Source: Malacoraja senta (lineage: Eukaryota). Taken from it: 20,000 bases of DNA. Positions 1 to 10,793 of the stretch are shown in pieces (within the stretch, counting starts at the first letter, position 1; each line of letters opens with the position of its first letter). The DNA lies in contig JAXLNO010000094.1 in assembly GCA_038087875.1 (NCBI GenBank), positions 47,973-67,972 of the forward strand, given 5' to 3'. A model generated the notes under the pieces. That model saw only the letters and a list, made by a program, of their open reading frames with translations. It did not search any database and was not told where the DNA came from. Both the position numbers and the translations under genes were made by a program.

Positions 1-3000
1 GTGAAAAGGCACTTGAAATGGTTATTTGGGGACGGTTTGGGTTGACGTGAAAAGGCACTGCAAAGTGTTGTTTGCGGGGTGTTTGGGTTGAAGTAAAAAT
101 GCACTGCAAACGGTTGTTTCGGTTGAAGTAAAAATGCACTGCAAAATTTTGATTTGGTTGAAGTAAAAATGCACTGCAAATGGGTGTTTGGGGGGTTGTG
201 GGTTGAAGTAAAAATGCACTGTAAATGGTCGTTTGGGGGGTTTTGGGTTGAAGTCAAAATGCACTGCAAATGGTTGTTTGGGGTGGTTTTGGGTTGAAGT
301 AAAAATGCACTGCAAATGGTTGTTTGGGGGGGGGTTTGGGTTGAAGTTAAATGCACTGCAAATGGTTGTTTGGGGTGGTTTTGGGTTGAAGTAAAAATGG
401 ACTGCAAATGGTTGTTTGGGGGGGGTTTGGGTTGAAGTTAAATGCACTGCAAATGATTGTTTGGGGGGTTATTGGGTTGAAGTAAAAATGCACTGCAAAG
501 GGTAGTTTGGGGGGTTTTGGGTTGAAGTGAAAAGGCACTGCAAATGGTTGTTTGGGGGGTTTTGGTTTGAAGTAAAAATGCACTGCAAATGGTTGTTTGG
601 GTTGAAGTAAAAATGCACTTCAAATGGTTCTTTGGGCGGTTATTGGGTTGAATTAAAATGCATTGCAAATGATTTTTAGGGGGTTATTGGGTTGAAGTAA
701 AAATGCTCTGCAAAGGGTAGTTTGGTGTTTTTTTGGGTTGAAGTGAAAAGGCACTTGAAATGGTTATTTGGGGACGGTATGGGTTGACGTGAAAAGGCAC
801 TGCAAAGTGTTGTTTGGGGGGTGTTTGGGTTGAAGTAAAAATGCACTGCAAACGGTTGTTTCGGTTGAAGTAAAAATGCACTGCAAAATTTTGATTTGGT
901 TGAAGTAAAAATGCACTGCAAAGGGTAGTTTGGGGGGTTTTGGGTTGAAGTGAAAAGGCACTGCAAATGGTTGTTTGGGGGGGTTTTGGTTTGAAGTAAA
1001 AATGCACTACAAATGGTTGTTTGGGTTGAAGTAAAAATGCACTTCAAATGGTTCTTTGGGCGGTTATTGGGTTGAATTAAAATGCATTGCAAATGATTTT
1101 TATGGGGTTATTGGGTTGAAGTAAAAATGCTCTGCAAAGGGTAGTTTGGTGTTTTTTTGGGTTGAAGTGAAAAGGCACTTGAAATGGTTATTTGGGGACG
1201 GTATGGGTTGACGTGAAAAGGCACTGCAAAGTGTTGTTTGGGGGTGTTTGGGTTGAAGTAAAAATGCACTGCAAACGGTTGTTTCGGTTGAAGTAAAAAT
1301 GCACTGCAAAATTTTGATTTGGTTGAAGTAAAAATGCACTGCAAATGGGTAGTTTGGGGGGTTTTGGGTTGAAGTGAAAAGGCACTGCAAATGGTTGTTT
1401 GGGGGGTTTTGGTTTGAAGTAAAAATGCACTACAAATGGTTGTTTGGGTTGAAGTAAAAATGCACTTCAAATGGTTCTTTGGGCGGTTATTGGGTTGAAT
1501 TAAAATGCATTGCAAATGATTTTTAGGGGGTTATTGGGTTGAAGTAAAAATGCTCTGCAAAGGGTAGTTTGGTGTTTTTTTGGGTTGAAGTGAAAAGGCA
1601 CTTGAAATGGTTATTTGGGGACGGTATGGGTTGACGTGAAAAGGCACTGCAAAGTGTTGTTTGGGGGGTGTTTGGGTTGAAGTAAAAATGCACTGCAAAC
1701 GGTTGTTTCGGTTGAAGTAAAAATGCACTGCAAAATTTTGATTTGGTTGAAGTAAAAATGCACTGCAAAGGGTAGTTTGGGGGGTTTTGGGTTGAAGTGA
1801 AAAGGCACTGCAAATGGTTGTTTGGGGGGGTTTTGGTTTGAAGTAAAAATGCACTACAAATGGTTGTTTGGGTTGAAGTAAAAATGCACTTCAAATGGTT
1901 CTTTGGGCGGTTATTGGGTTGAATTAAAATGCATTGCAAATGATTTTTAGGGGGTTATTGGGTTGAAGTAAAAATGCTCTGCAAAGGGTAGTTTGGTGTT
2001 TTTTTGGGTTGAAGTGAAAAGGCACTTGAAATGGTTATTTGGGGACGGTTTGGGTTGACGTGAAAAGGCACTGCAAAGTGTTGTTTGGGGGGTGTTTGGG
2101 TTGAAGTAAAAATGCACTGCAAACGGTTGTTTCGGTTGAAGTAAAAATGCACTGCAAAATTTTGATTTGGTTGAAGTAAAAATGCACTGCAAATGGGTGT
2201 TTGGGGGGTTGTGGGTTGAAGTAAAAAGGCACTGCAAATGGTTGTTTGGGGGGGTTTTGGTTTGAAGTAAAAATGCACTGCAAATGGTTGTTTGGGTTGA
2301 AGTAAAAATGCACTTCAAATGGTTCTTTGGGCGGTTATTGGGTTGAATTAAAATGCATTGCAAATGATTTTTAGGGGGTTATTGGGTTGAAGTAAAAATG
2401 CTCTGCAAAGGGTAGTTTGGTGTTTTTTTGGGTTGAAGTGAAAAGGCACTTGAAATGGTTATTTGGGGACGGTATGGGTTGACGTGAAAAGGCACTGCAA
2501 AGTGTTGTTTGGGGGGTGTTTGGGTTGAAGTAAAAATGCACTGCAAACGGTTGTTTCGGTTGAAGTAAAAATGCACTGCAAAATTTTGATTTGGTTGAAG
2601 TAAAAATGCACTGCAAAGGGTAGTTTGGGGGGGTTTTGGGTTGAAGTGAAAAGGCACTGCAAATGGTTGTTTGGGGGGGTTTTGGTTTGAAGTAAAAATG
2701 CACTACAAATGGTTGTTTGGGTTGAAGTAAAAATGCACTTCAAATGGTTCTTTGGGCGGTTATTGGGTTGAATTAAAATGCATTGCAAATGATTTTTAGG
2801 GGGTTATTGGGTTGAAGTAAAAATGCTCTGCAAAGGGTAGTTTGGTGTTTTTTTGGGTTGAAGTGAAAAGGCACTTGAAATGGTTATTTGGGGACGGTAT
2901 GGGTTGACGTGAAAAGGCACTGCAAAGTGTTGTTTGGGGGTGTTTGGGTTGAAGTAAAAATGCACTGCAAACGGTTGTTTCGGTTGAAGTAAAAATGCAC

Positions 3001-4821
3001 TGCAAAATTTTGATTTGGTTGAAGTAAAAATGCACTGCAAATGGGTAGTTTGGGGGGTTTTGGGTTGAAGTGAAAAGGCACTGCAAATGGTTGTTTGGGG
3101 GGTTTTGGTTTGAAGTAAAAATGCACTACAAATGGTTGTTTGGGTTGAAGTAAAAATGCACTTCAAATGGTTCTTTGGGCGGTTATTGGGTTGAATTAAA
3201 ATGCATTGCAAATGATTTTTAGGGGGTTATTGGGTTGAAGTAAAAATGCTCTGCAAAGGGTAGTTTGGTGTTTTTTTGGGTTGAAGTGAAAAGGCACTTG
3301 AAATGGTTATTTGGGGACGGTTTGGGTTGACGTGAAAAGGCACTGCAAAGTGTTATTTGGGGGGTGTTTGGGTTGAAGTAAAAATGCACTGCAAACGGTT
3401 GTTTCGGTTGAAGTAAAAATGCACTGCAAAATTTTGATTTGGTTGAAGTAAAAATGCACTGCAAATGGGTGTTTGGGGGGTTGTGGGTTGAAGTAAAAAG
3501 GCACTACAAATGGTTGTTTGGGGGGGTTTTGGTTTGAAGTAAAAATGCACTGCAAATGGTTGTTTGGGTTGAAGTAAAAATGCACTTCAAATGGTTCTTT
3601 GGGCGGTTATTGGGTTGAATTAAAATGCATTGCAAATGATTTTTAGGGGGTTATTGGGTTGAAGTAAAAATGCTCTGCAAAGGGTAGTTTGGTGTTTTTT
3701 TGGGTTGAAGTGAAAAGGCACTTGAAATGGTTATTTGGGGACGGTATGGGTTGACGTGAAAAGGCACTGCAAAGTGTTGTTTGGGGGGTGTTTGGGTTGA
3801 AGTAAAAATGCACTGCAAACGGTTGTTTCGGTTGAAGTAAAAATGCACTGCAAAATTTTGATTTGGTTGAAGTAAAAATGCACTGCAAAGGGTAGTTTGG
3901 GGGGGTTTTGGGTTGAAGTGAAAAGGCACTGCAAATGGTTGTTTGGGGGGGTTTTGGTTTGAAGTAAAAATGCACTACAAATGGTTGTTTGGGTTGAAGT
4001 AAAAATGCACTTCAAATGGTTCTTTGGGCGGTTATTGGGTTGAATTAAAATGCATTGCAAATGATTTTTAGGGGGTTATTGGGTTGAAGTAAAAATGCTC
4101 TGCAAAGGGTAGTTTGGTGTTTTTTTGGGTTGAAGTGAAAAGGCACTTGAAATGGTTATTTGGGGACGGTATGGGTTGACGTGAAAAGGCACTGCAAAGT
4201 GTTGTTTGGGGGTGTTTGGGTTGAAGTAAAAATGCACTGCAAACGGTTGTTTCGGTTGAAGTAAAAATGCACTGCAAAATTTTGATTTGGTTGAAGTAAA
4301 AATGCACTGCAAATGGGTAGTTTGGGGGGTTTTGGGTTGAAGTGAAAAGGCACTGCAAATGGTTGTTTGGGGGGTTTTGGTTTGAAGTAAAAATGCACTA
4401 CAAATGGTTGTTTGGGTTGAAGTAAAAATGCACTTCAAATGGTTCTTTGGGCGGTTATTGGGTTGAATTAAAATGCATTGCAAATGATTTTTAGGGGGTT
4501 ATTGGGTTGAAGTAAAAATGCTCTGCAAAGGGTAGTTTGGTGTTTTTTTGGGTTGAAGTGAAAAGGCACTTGAAATGGTTATTTGGGGACGGTTTGGGTT
4601 GACGTGAAAAGGCACTGCAAAGTGTTGTTTGGGGGGTGTTTGGGTTGAAGTAAAAATGCACTGCAAACGGTTGTTTCGGTTGAAGTAAAAATGCACTGCA
4701 AAATTTTGATTTGGTTGAAGTAAAAATGCACTGCAAATGGGTGTTTGGGGGGTTGTGGGTTGAAGTAAAAATGCACTGCAAATGGTTGTTTGGGGGGGTT
4801 TTGAGTTGAAGTAAAAAAAAA
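1..4821. repeat. Satellite DNA array: ~424 bp higher-order repeat of 10 related monomers (7 of 44-46 bp, 3 of 35 bp); continues beyond the left edge
   Basis: Monomer consensus GGGTTGAAGTAAAAATGCACTGCAAATGGTTGTTT(GGGGGGGTTTT). The marker TGATTTTTA(G/T)GGGG recurs at spacings of 424,423,424,424,425,423,424,425,423 bp, matching the ORF-track left coordinates 676,1100,1523,1947,2371,2796,3219,3643,4068,4491. Monomer lengths counted by hand sum to 424. Confidence 0.97.
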
Positions 4822-4880
4822 TTTTTTTTTTTTGTTGTTGTTTATTTTATTATAAGTTAATAGAATAAAAAACAATATAG

Positions 4881-4902
4881 TGGCACCTAATTTTAGGTGC
4901 CA
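4881..4902. other. Perfect inverted repeat in the L1 3'UTR (TGGCACCTAA-TT-TTAGGTGCCA)
   Basis: 10 bp arms with a 2 nt spacer, extendable by ATAG/CTAT with a 1 nt bulge (4877-4907), about 30 bp from the poly-A signal. Confidence 0.85.
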
Positions 4903-5169
4903 ACTATGTCATAACGTAATGCATTCTATGTACAACCTCTAGTTTTATGTTTTTGAAAAGGATGTAAAAAATAAAAAAAATAAAATAAAAAAATAGAGAA
5001 AAGAAAGTGGAAAAATAAATAGTAGAAAATAGAAAAACGTGAAGTGTGTATATAAGAAAAGAAAAAATAGAAAGTAGAAATAGTAGAAAAAGACCCTTAA
5101 AAAAGAAATTTTCAAATCTTTGTTTGGAGATGTAAATCTATCCACGACCTGACCTGAAATCAGTAATCT

Positions 5170-5977
5170 TTACGGTACTGCTGCATCACATGATTCCAAA
5201 AAGTCGATGAAAGGGGACCAACTCCTTAAGAATTGGTCATATTTATCTATTAGGCGGAGTCTCATTTCTTCAAGGTGTGCTATGTCCGTCATATTCCTAA
5301 TCCACATTTTAATAGTTGGTATAGCTGTATTTTTCCAAAATTTAAGTATCAATTTCTTTCCAATTATTAACCCATAATTAAAGACTTGAAGAGCTTTGTA
5401 AATATATCAAATATATCGCTCCAAAATGTATTCAACTTTGTACATCCTACAAATGAATGTGTTATATTGGCATTTTGAAACAAACATTTATCGCATCTGG
5501 GAGAGACATTTGGGTAAAATTTATTCAACCTCGTTTTTGAATAATATAGTCTATGTAATAATTTAAATTGAATTAAATTATGTCTTGCATTAATGGAACA
5601 ATTATGTGTATTCATCAGATACTTTTCCCATCTATCTTTCGGGATCTTTAGCATTAGTTCATGTTCCCAATCTTCTCTTAGTGCCTCTGTTGAGGGTAAT
5701 TCTCTATTTAATATACTATTATAAAAATATGATATTAGTTTTTCTGAATCAGCCTTAATATTCATTGCTTCTTCTAAAGGGTCTACAAATATAGTTTGAG
5801 ATCTATGTATATATTTCTTCATAAAGTCACATATCTGTATATATTTAAAATATTGATTATCATTCAGTACGGGAATCACTCCTCTTTTTCCATTCTTATC
5901 CACTCCGACTGGTGAGTTGAACTGTCCAACCAGTACATTATGTTCTTAATATGCACTGCCCAGTAGTAATAGGTAAA
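5170..5977 (-). pseudogene. L1 ORF2 C-terminal fragment with cysteine-rich (zinc-knuckle) domain
   Basis: ORFs 5367..5903 and 5170..5352: IQFKLLHRLYYS, CDKCLFQNANITHSFVGC (CxxC..H..C), FLRSWSPFIDFL; frameshifted and deleted. Confidence 0.88.
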
Positions 5978-7075
5978 GAGTAGTAATAGGTAAATTCAGG
6001 ACAAAGAGACCCAGCTTCACATGAGAGATCAACAGCTTAAGGTAACATCAATTCCAGTTGAATATTTGTTACTCTCACTGAGTGAGCTATTACAGTGATC
6101 TGTGTACATTATGTTTGCATTTCTGCAGTTGGATTTCACTATAAAGACTGAAAACTCAGTCCAAAATATTGCAAGTTTTCTTTTTAACAATAACAATTAA
6201 CAATGCCTCTAAAGCAAAGACTATTGTTAAACCGTTTAACGTCGTGTGTCAGATCTTTTCAAGGAAATTGAAAGGATGCCTTCATATTTGATTTAGAAGG
6301 TTGGACTTCAAAATAGACTACAAAATGTTATTTAAAAGTCCTACTCAAATGATTTAAGCAGAAAGTCATGCCTGATGCTTCCAGTACTACACTGAGAGAA
6401 TGCTGCACCTGAAGTGCCAACTTTCAAATGAAATGTTAAATTAAATCGTGTTTGGTGTCTAACAAGGATGTGAAATATTTTATTTTGGCATATTTTAGAG
6501 AAAGAAATGTTTTCCAGGGTGACTTTTCCTGTCTGTACCCCAAAAGTAACACCCTTCAAGTAGTTAATCTACCACATTAGTACATTATCACATATTTGCT
6601 ATTTTCAAATTAGTTACATGGTTTACGACATTCCAATGTTAATTGAACAACAAAGGTACCTTATAAGCAACATTGGCTGCAAACAAATTTTAGACACCCT
6701 GAGGAAGTCATTGTTTTCTGTTTAAATCCAGTAATGATTCCTCGGACCTTGACCATGAGAGAGTTTGTTTTGCCACTGAATCTTTTTGGGTCTTGATTCC
6801 AAATACAGGCTGTGAGGTTTGCTAAATTTGCAGTGCAATTGCAACAATGTCTGGATTACTGCATTAATTTCAAGTCAAGAGAGTTTATTGTCATGTGTCC
6901 CAGATAGGACAATGAAATTCTTGCTTTGCTTCAGCACAACAGAACATAGTAGGCATAAATACAGAACATATATGTGTGTCCATATACCATTATATAAATA
7001 TATACACACATCAATAAATAAGCAGTTAAAGTGCAAATAAACAGATAATGGTCTATTAATGTTCAGAGATTTGTT

Positions 7076-8333
7076 TCAGTTGAGTTTAATAGCCTCAATA
7101 GCTGTGGGGTAGCAGCTATTTCTGAACCTGGACGTTGCAGTCTTCAGGCTCCTGTACCTTCTACCTGAAGGTAGTGGGGAGATGAGTGTGTGGTCAGGAT
7201 GGTGTGGGTCCTTGATGATGCTGCCAGCCTTTTTGAGGCAGCGACCACGATAGATCCCCTCGATGGTAGGGAGGTCAGAGCCGATGATGGACTGGGCAGT
7301 GTTTACAACTTTTTGTAGTCTTTTCCGGTCCTGGGCGCTCAAGTTGCCGAACCAAGCCACGATGCAACCGGTCAGCATGCTCTCTACTGTAGAAGTTAGA
7401 GAGAGTCCTCCTTGACATACCGACTCTCCATAATCTTCTCAGGAAGTAGAGTCGCTGATGTGCTTTCTTAATAATTGCATCAATGTTCTCGGACCAGGAG
7501 AGATCTTCAGAAATATGCACGCCCAGGAATTTGAAGCTCTTGACCCTCTCCACCATCGATCCATTGATAGAAACGAGACTGTGGGTCCCCATCCTACCCC
7601 TTCCAAAGTCCACAATCAGTTCCTTGGTTCTGCTGGTGTTGAGGGCCAGGTTATTGTGCTGGCACCATTTTGTCAGTCGGTCGATCTCACTTCTATACTC
7701 TGACTTGTCCCCATCAGTGATACGTCCCACAACAGTGGTGTCATTAGCGAACTTGATGATGGAGTTCACACTGTGTCCGGCTACGCAGTCATGAGTATAC
7801 AATGAGTACAGCAGGGGGCTAAGCACGCAGCCTTGAGGTACTCCCGTGCTGACTGTTATCGAGGCTGACACATTTCCACCAATACGGACAGACTGTGGTC
7901 TGTCAATGAGGAAGTCAAGGATCCAATTGCAGAGGGATGCGCGGAGACCCAATTCTGAGAGTTTGGTAACCAGCTTGGAGGGGATGATTGTATTAAATGC
8001 CGAGCTGCAATCAATGAATAACAGCCTGACATATGAGTTTTTGTTTTCCAAGTGGTCCAGAGCGGAGTGGAGAGCCAGCGAGATCGCATCCACCGTTGAC
8101 CTGTTGTGGCGGTATTCAAACTGCAGTGGGTCCAGGTTTTTGTCGAGGTAGGAGTTGATTTGCGCCACGATCAACCTCTCAACGCACTTCATCACCACCG
8201 ACGTTAGTGCCTCTGGTCGATAGTCGTTGAGGCACGTCACCTTGCTCTTCTTGGGCACCAGTATAATTGATGCCCTTTTAAAACAGGTGGGAACCTCAGA
8301 CCTCAGAAGTGAGAGGTTGAAAATGTCCGCAAA
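7076..8333 (-). pseudogene. Rex1/Babar reverse transcriptase, disrupted
   Basis: ORFs 7275..8351 and 7076..7378 are joined by a frameshift near 7385; catalytic FADD appears as FAND (~7741-7752); the reading frame is interrupted at 8333 by the L1. Confidence 0.88.
8319..8333 (+). repeat. Left 15 bp target-site duplication of the full-length L1 (GAAAATGTCCGCAAA)
   Basis: Identical 15-mer at 18633-18647 directly after the poly-A tail. The preceding TT gives TT|GAAAA, similar to the L1 endonuclease TT|AAAA consensus. Confidence 0.95.
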
Positions 8334-8527
8334 GACTTCCGGTGGCGCCATGATGGACTGAACAGGCGCAGCATTTAGCTCCGCTCCCGTAATTAGCGAC
8401 TTTTCGCGTTAAAAATCGTTTGGGAAGTCGGGACCGATTTGAAAAGCTTACCGGAGCTGTTTGACGTCGTGCTGATGATGTCATCAGAAATCGCCTCGAA
8501 AATAACGGTGGTTTAAGGTACTTTTAA
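8334..8527 (+). promoter_or_regulatory. L1 5'UTR / putative internal promoter
   Basis: CpG-rich relative to ORF2. ETS-like ACTTCCGG and YY1-like CGCCAT occur at the very 5' end, and a CRE-like near-palindrome CTGATGATGTCATCAG at ~8472-8487. Function is inferred from L1 biology. Confidence 0.6.
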
Positions 8528-9537
8528 ATGAAAAATGTGATTCCTTGCCAGAGCCCTCAGAGATCTGTCTCAAAACATCTTTTGAAAAAACAGCCAACAT
8601 CTGAAGAAACTGAAGAATCAGAAGAAGTAACTGCTGAACTAGCCTTTGAAATGTCTACAAGATCAATGGCTGAAAATGCTTCAAAGAATAAAGAGTTGGA
8701 GGATATAAGGAACTCGGTAAGAGACTTAAAAATTGAACTTTTGGCTTGTAATAAAAGTATGATGGAGAGCATGATGGAGAACATGAACACTGGGAACCAG
8801 AAAGTTATTGATTCAATTGATAATATAAATAAACGAATTGATGATGTGCATGGTGAATTATCTCTGAAAATTGACCGGGTGGAAGAAGATTGCACGATTA
8901 AGGTTGATGTTGTTCTCCAAACCGTTACATCATGCCGTACTGCTATGAAAGATATGGAAACAGCTATGGTACAAATGTCCGAAGATATAAAGAGAATGAA
9001 GAAGGATCAGGACCGTGTCGTGGGTCAGTTAGCTAAAACGTCAGATAAATGCCTTGATTTGGAAGCACGTTCAAGACGGCAGAATTTAAGAATAGTTGGA
9101 GTGGCAGAGGGAAAGGAAGGGAATGAGCCTCGTGAGTACACTGCCAACTTACTTAAACATGTACTCGACCTGCCTGTCGAACCTAAAATAGAAGTGGCAC
9201 ATCGGGTGCAACGGGCAAAATCAAGAGCACAAGCAAAGTCAGGAGCCTCCCCACGACAGATCATTGTGAAATTTCAGCTTTGGAAGATGTTATGAAAAGA
9301 ATCCAGTACGGAAAGAATACGATGTATGGGACTGATACCATCAAACTATTTAGAGATTATCCATATGAAATCGCCAAAAACCGAGAATTGTTTACAAACA
9401 CACGACAGATCTTGAAAGGGCACAAAAACATCCGGTATGGTATCATTTATCCGGCTAAAATGATTATCAGCTATAATGGTACTGAACGTAAGTTCCATGA
9501 ACCAGAAGCTGCTTACAAATACGCTCAAGACATTTAA
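8528..9537 (+). pseudogene. L1 ORF1p (coiled coil + RRM + CTD; L1 transposase-22 type), one frameshift near 9280
   Basis: ORFs 8528..9295 and 9280..9537: heptad-rich region, DLEARSRRQNLRIVGVAEGKE, IEVAHRV, PRQIIVKF, IKLFRDY, YGIIYPAKMIISYNG. Confidence 0.92.
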
Positions 9538-10192
9538 AAAGAGATAGCTGATTAAGTACAGCACTACGTCTTCAAGATAAGGTTTTTATTCTGCAGATAT
9601 CGGCAGAGGAGAAGCTGATAAAGTTGACTTTTTAATAAAGAAATTAAGATGGCGGAGCTTCTCCATGTGCTGGTGTCTAGACATTTTATCTTTCAAGGAC
9701 ATTCTTTGTTCCAACTCGAGCGAAAGATGGAATAACAAGGGGGTGGCTGAATGGGGAACGTAATACAGATGGACTTGAAAATCCTATACTAATCCTATAT
9801 TAACACAGAAACTACTGAATTAACATAGTAATAGTAATTAAATCTAATGAAATTAACATATTAACAGTAATAGTAATTGAATTAAAAGCGAATTGCTCAA
9901 TGGTAAAATGTAATAATCCATTATAGTGATTGATCTCCCCGGGGAGGGGAAGAGGGGGCTAAATATAAGGAAATAGATTAATAACAGACTAAAAAAAACA
10001 CAAATTTAGATAATATAATAGGCTTCAGTTCAAATTATGCTCGGGAGGAGGTGAGGAGATTCAGAACCTTGGCAATAAGCCAGGATCTGACTGGTTAACA
10101 CCATCCAACCAGCAGTTGATTAGTACTGAAGGGGAAGAAAATGTAATAATTGTTAACATAGTAAAGGGTAGATAAGCTTTGATTAGATAAGA

Positions 10193-10446
<254 letters not shown>

Positions 10447-10793
10447 AATGGTGATATATATAACCTGGCTTTGAATTGGCCCCAACTCCCTTTTGTAAGA
10501 TTATTCAAGGGGGCGGAGCTAAATGTAGATTAACAACTACGGAAGTCAATAAATGTGTAACTACCATCATTAGGTGGATAATCGGTTACAGTGTCGTCAT
10601 TTTTAGACACTGAAACTTCACTTTTTAATATATTTTTTGTGTCACAATAATACACATTTTTTTGTTTTTTTGTTCAAGGACAATTTTAAAAGGGATGTAC
10701 CAACTGAATTTGATAATGCAAATGCTCCCCCAACAGCCAGAGACCTGAGGTATTGGTTGCACCATATGATTCAAAGGTATTAAATAATTTATA

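Larger units (their letters stand above)
4822..5994 (-). mobile_element. 5'-truncated L1-clade LINE (3' end of ORF2, 3'UTR, poly-A tail) with two internal deletions
   Basis: T-rich tail at 4822-4851 with AATAAA on the minus strand. The translation is clearly homologous to the plus-strand L1 (QYFKYIQICDFMKKY vs QYFKYFQIRDYLKKY; YYYWAVHIKNIMYWLDSS vs YYYWAGNVKNMIHLLDNS). Deletions lie near 5385 and 5868 relative to that copy. The 5' boundary is uncertain (5994-6012). Confidence 0.9.
6870..8333 (-). mobile_element. Rex1/Babar-type LINE, 3' part (RT, 3'UTR, short CTTGA tail)
   Basis: RT motifs [74 protein letters not shown] and LPSGRRYRS. The minus-strand 3' end reads GACAATAAACTCTCTTGACTTGA. 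Confidence 0.9.

Noticed and set aside
1..4821. CRISPR-like appearance (conserved ~26 bp core GTTGAAGTAAAAATGCACTGCAAA with variable intervening sequence)
   Set aside because: The intervening parts are short (about 9-20 bp), related to each other and recur every 424 bp. There are no cas genes and the context is vertebrate LINEs.
22..4875. Dozens of minus-strand ORFs with repeating peptides
   Set aside because: They are translations of satellite DNA. All three frames are open and shift with G-run length, with no protein-like signature.
4945..5145. Hydrophobic F/Y/L-rich ORF
   Set aside because: Translation of the pyrimidine-rich L1 3'UTR; low complexity.
5911..5960. Satellite-like words TGAGTTGAA and ATGCACTGC suggesting a TSD or satellite origin
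   Set aside because: Both lie within L1 ORF2 coding sequence (WAVHI, DSSTH) and are not spaced as in the monomer; they are likely chance 9-mers.
6341..7040. Short ORFs 6341..6559 and 6819..7040
   Set aside because: No recognisable motifs; the second is largely antisense to the Rex1 3'UTR.
7385..7391. TACTGTA resembling a second Tc1 footprint
   Set aside because: The expected peptide NFYRCTVESML shows bases are missing, not added; better explained by a small deletion between ACAG microhomologies.
7458..9564. Antisense and alternate-frame ORFs over Rex1 RT and L1 ORF1
   Set aside because: Shadow ORFs of retroelement coding sequence with no independent evidence.
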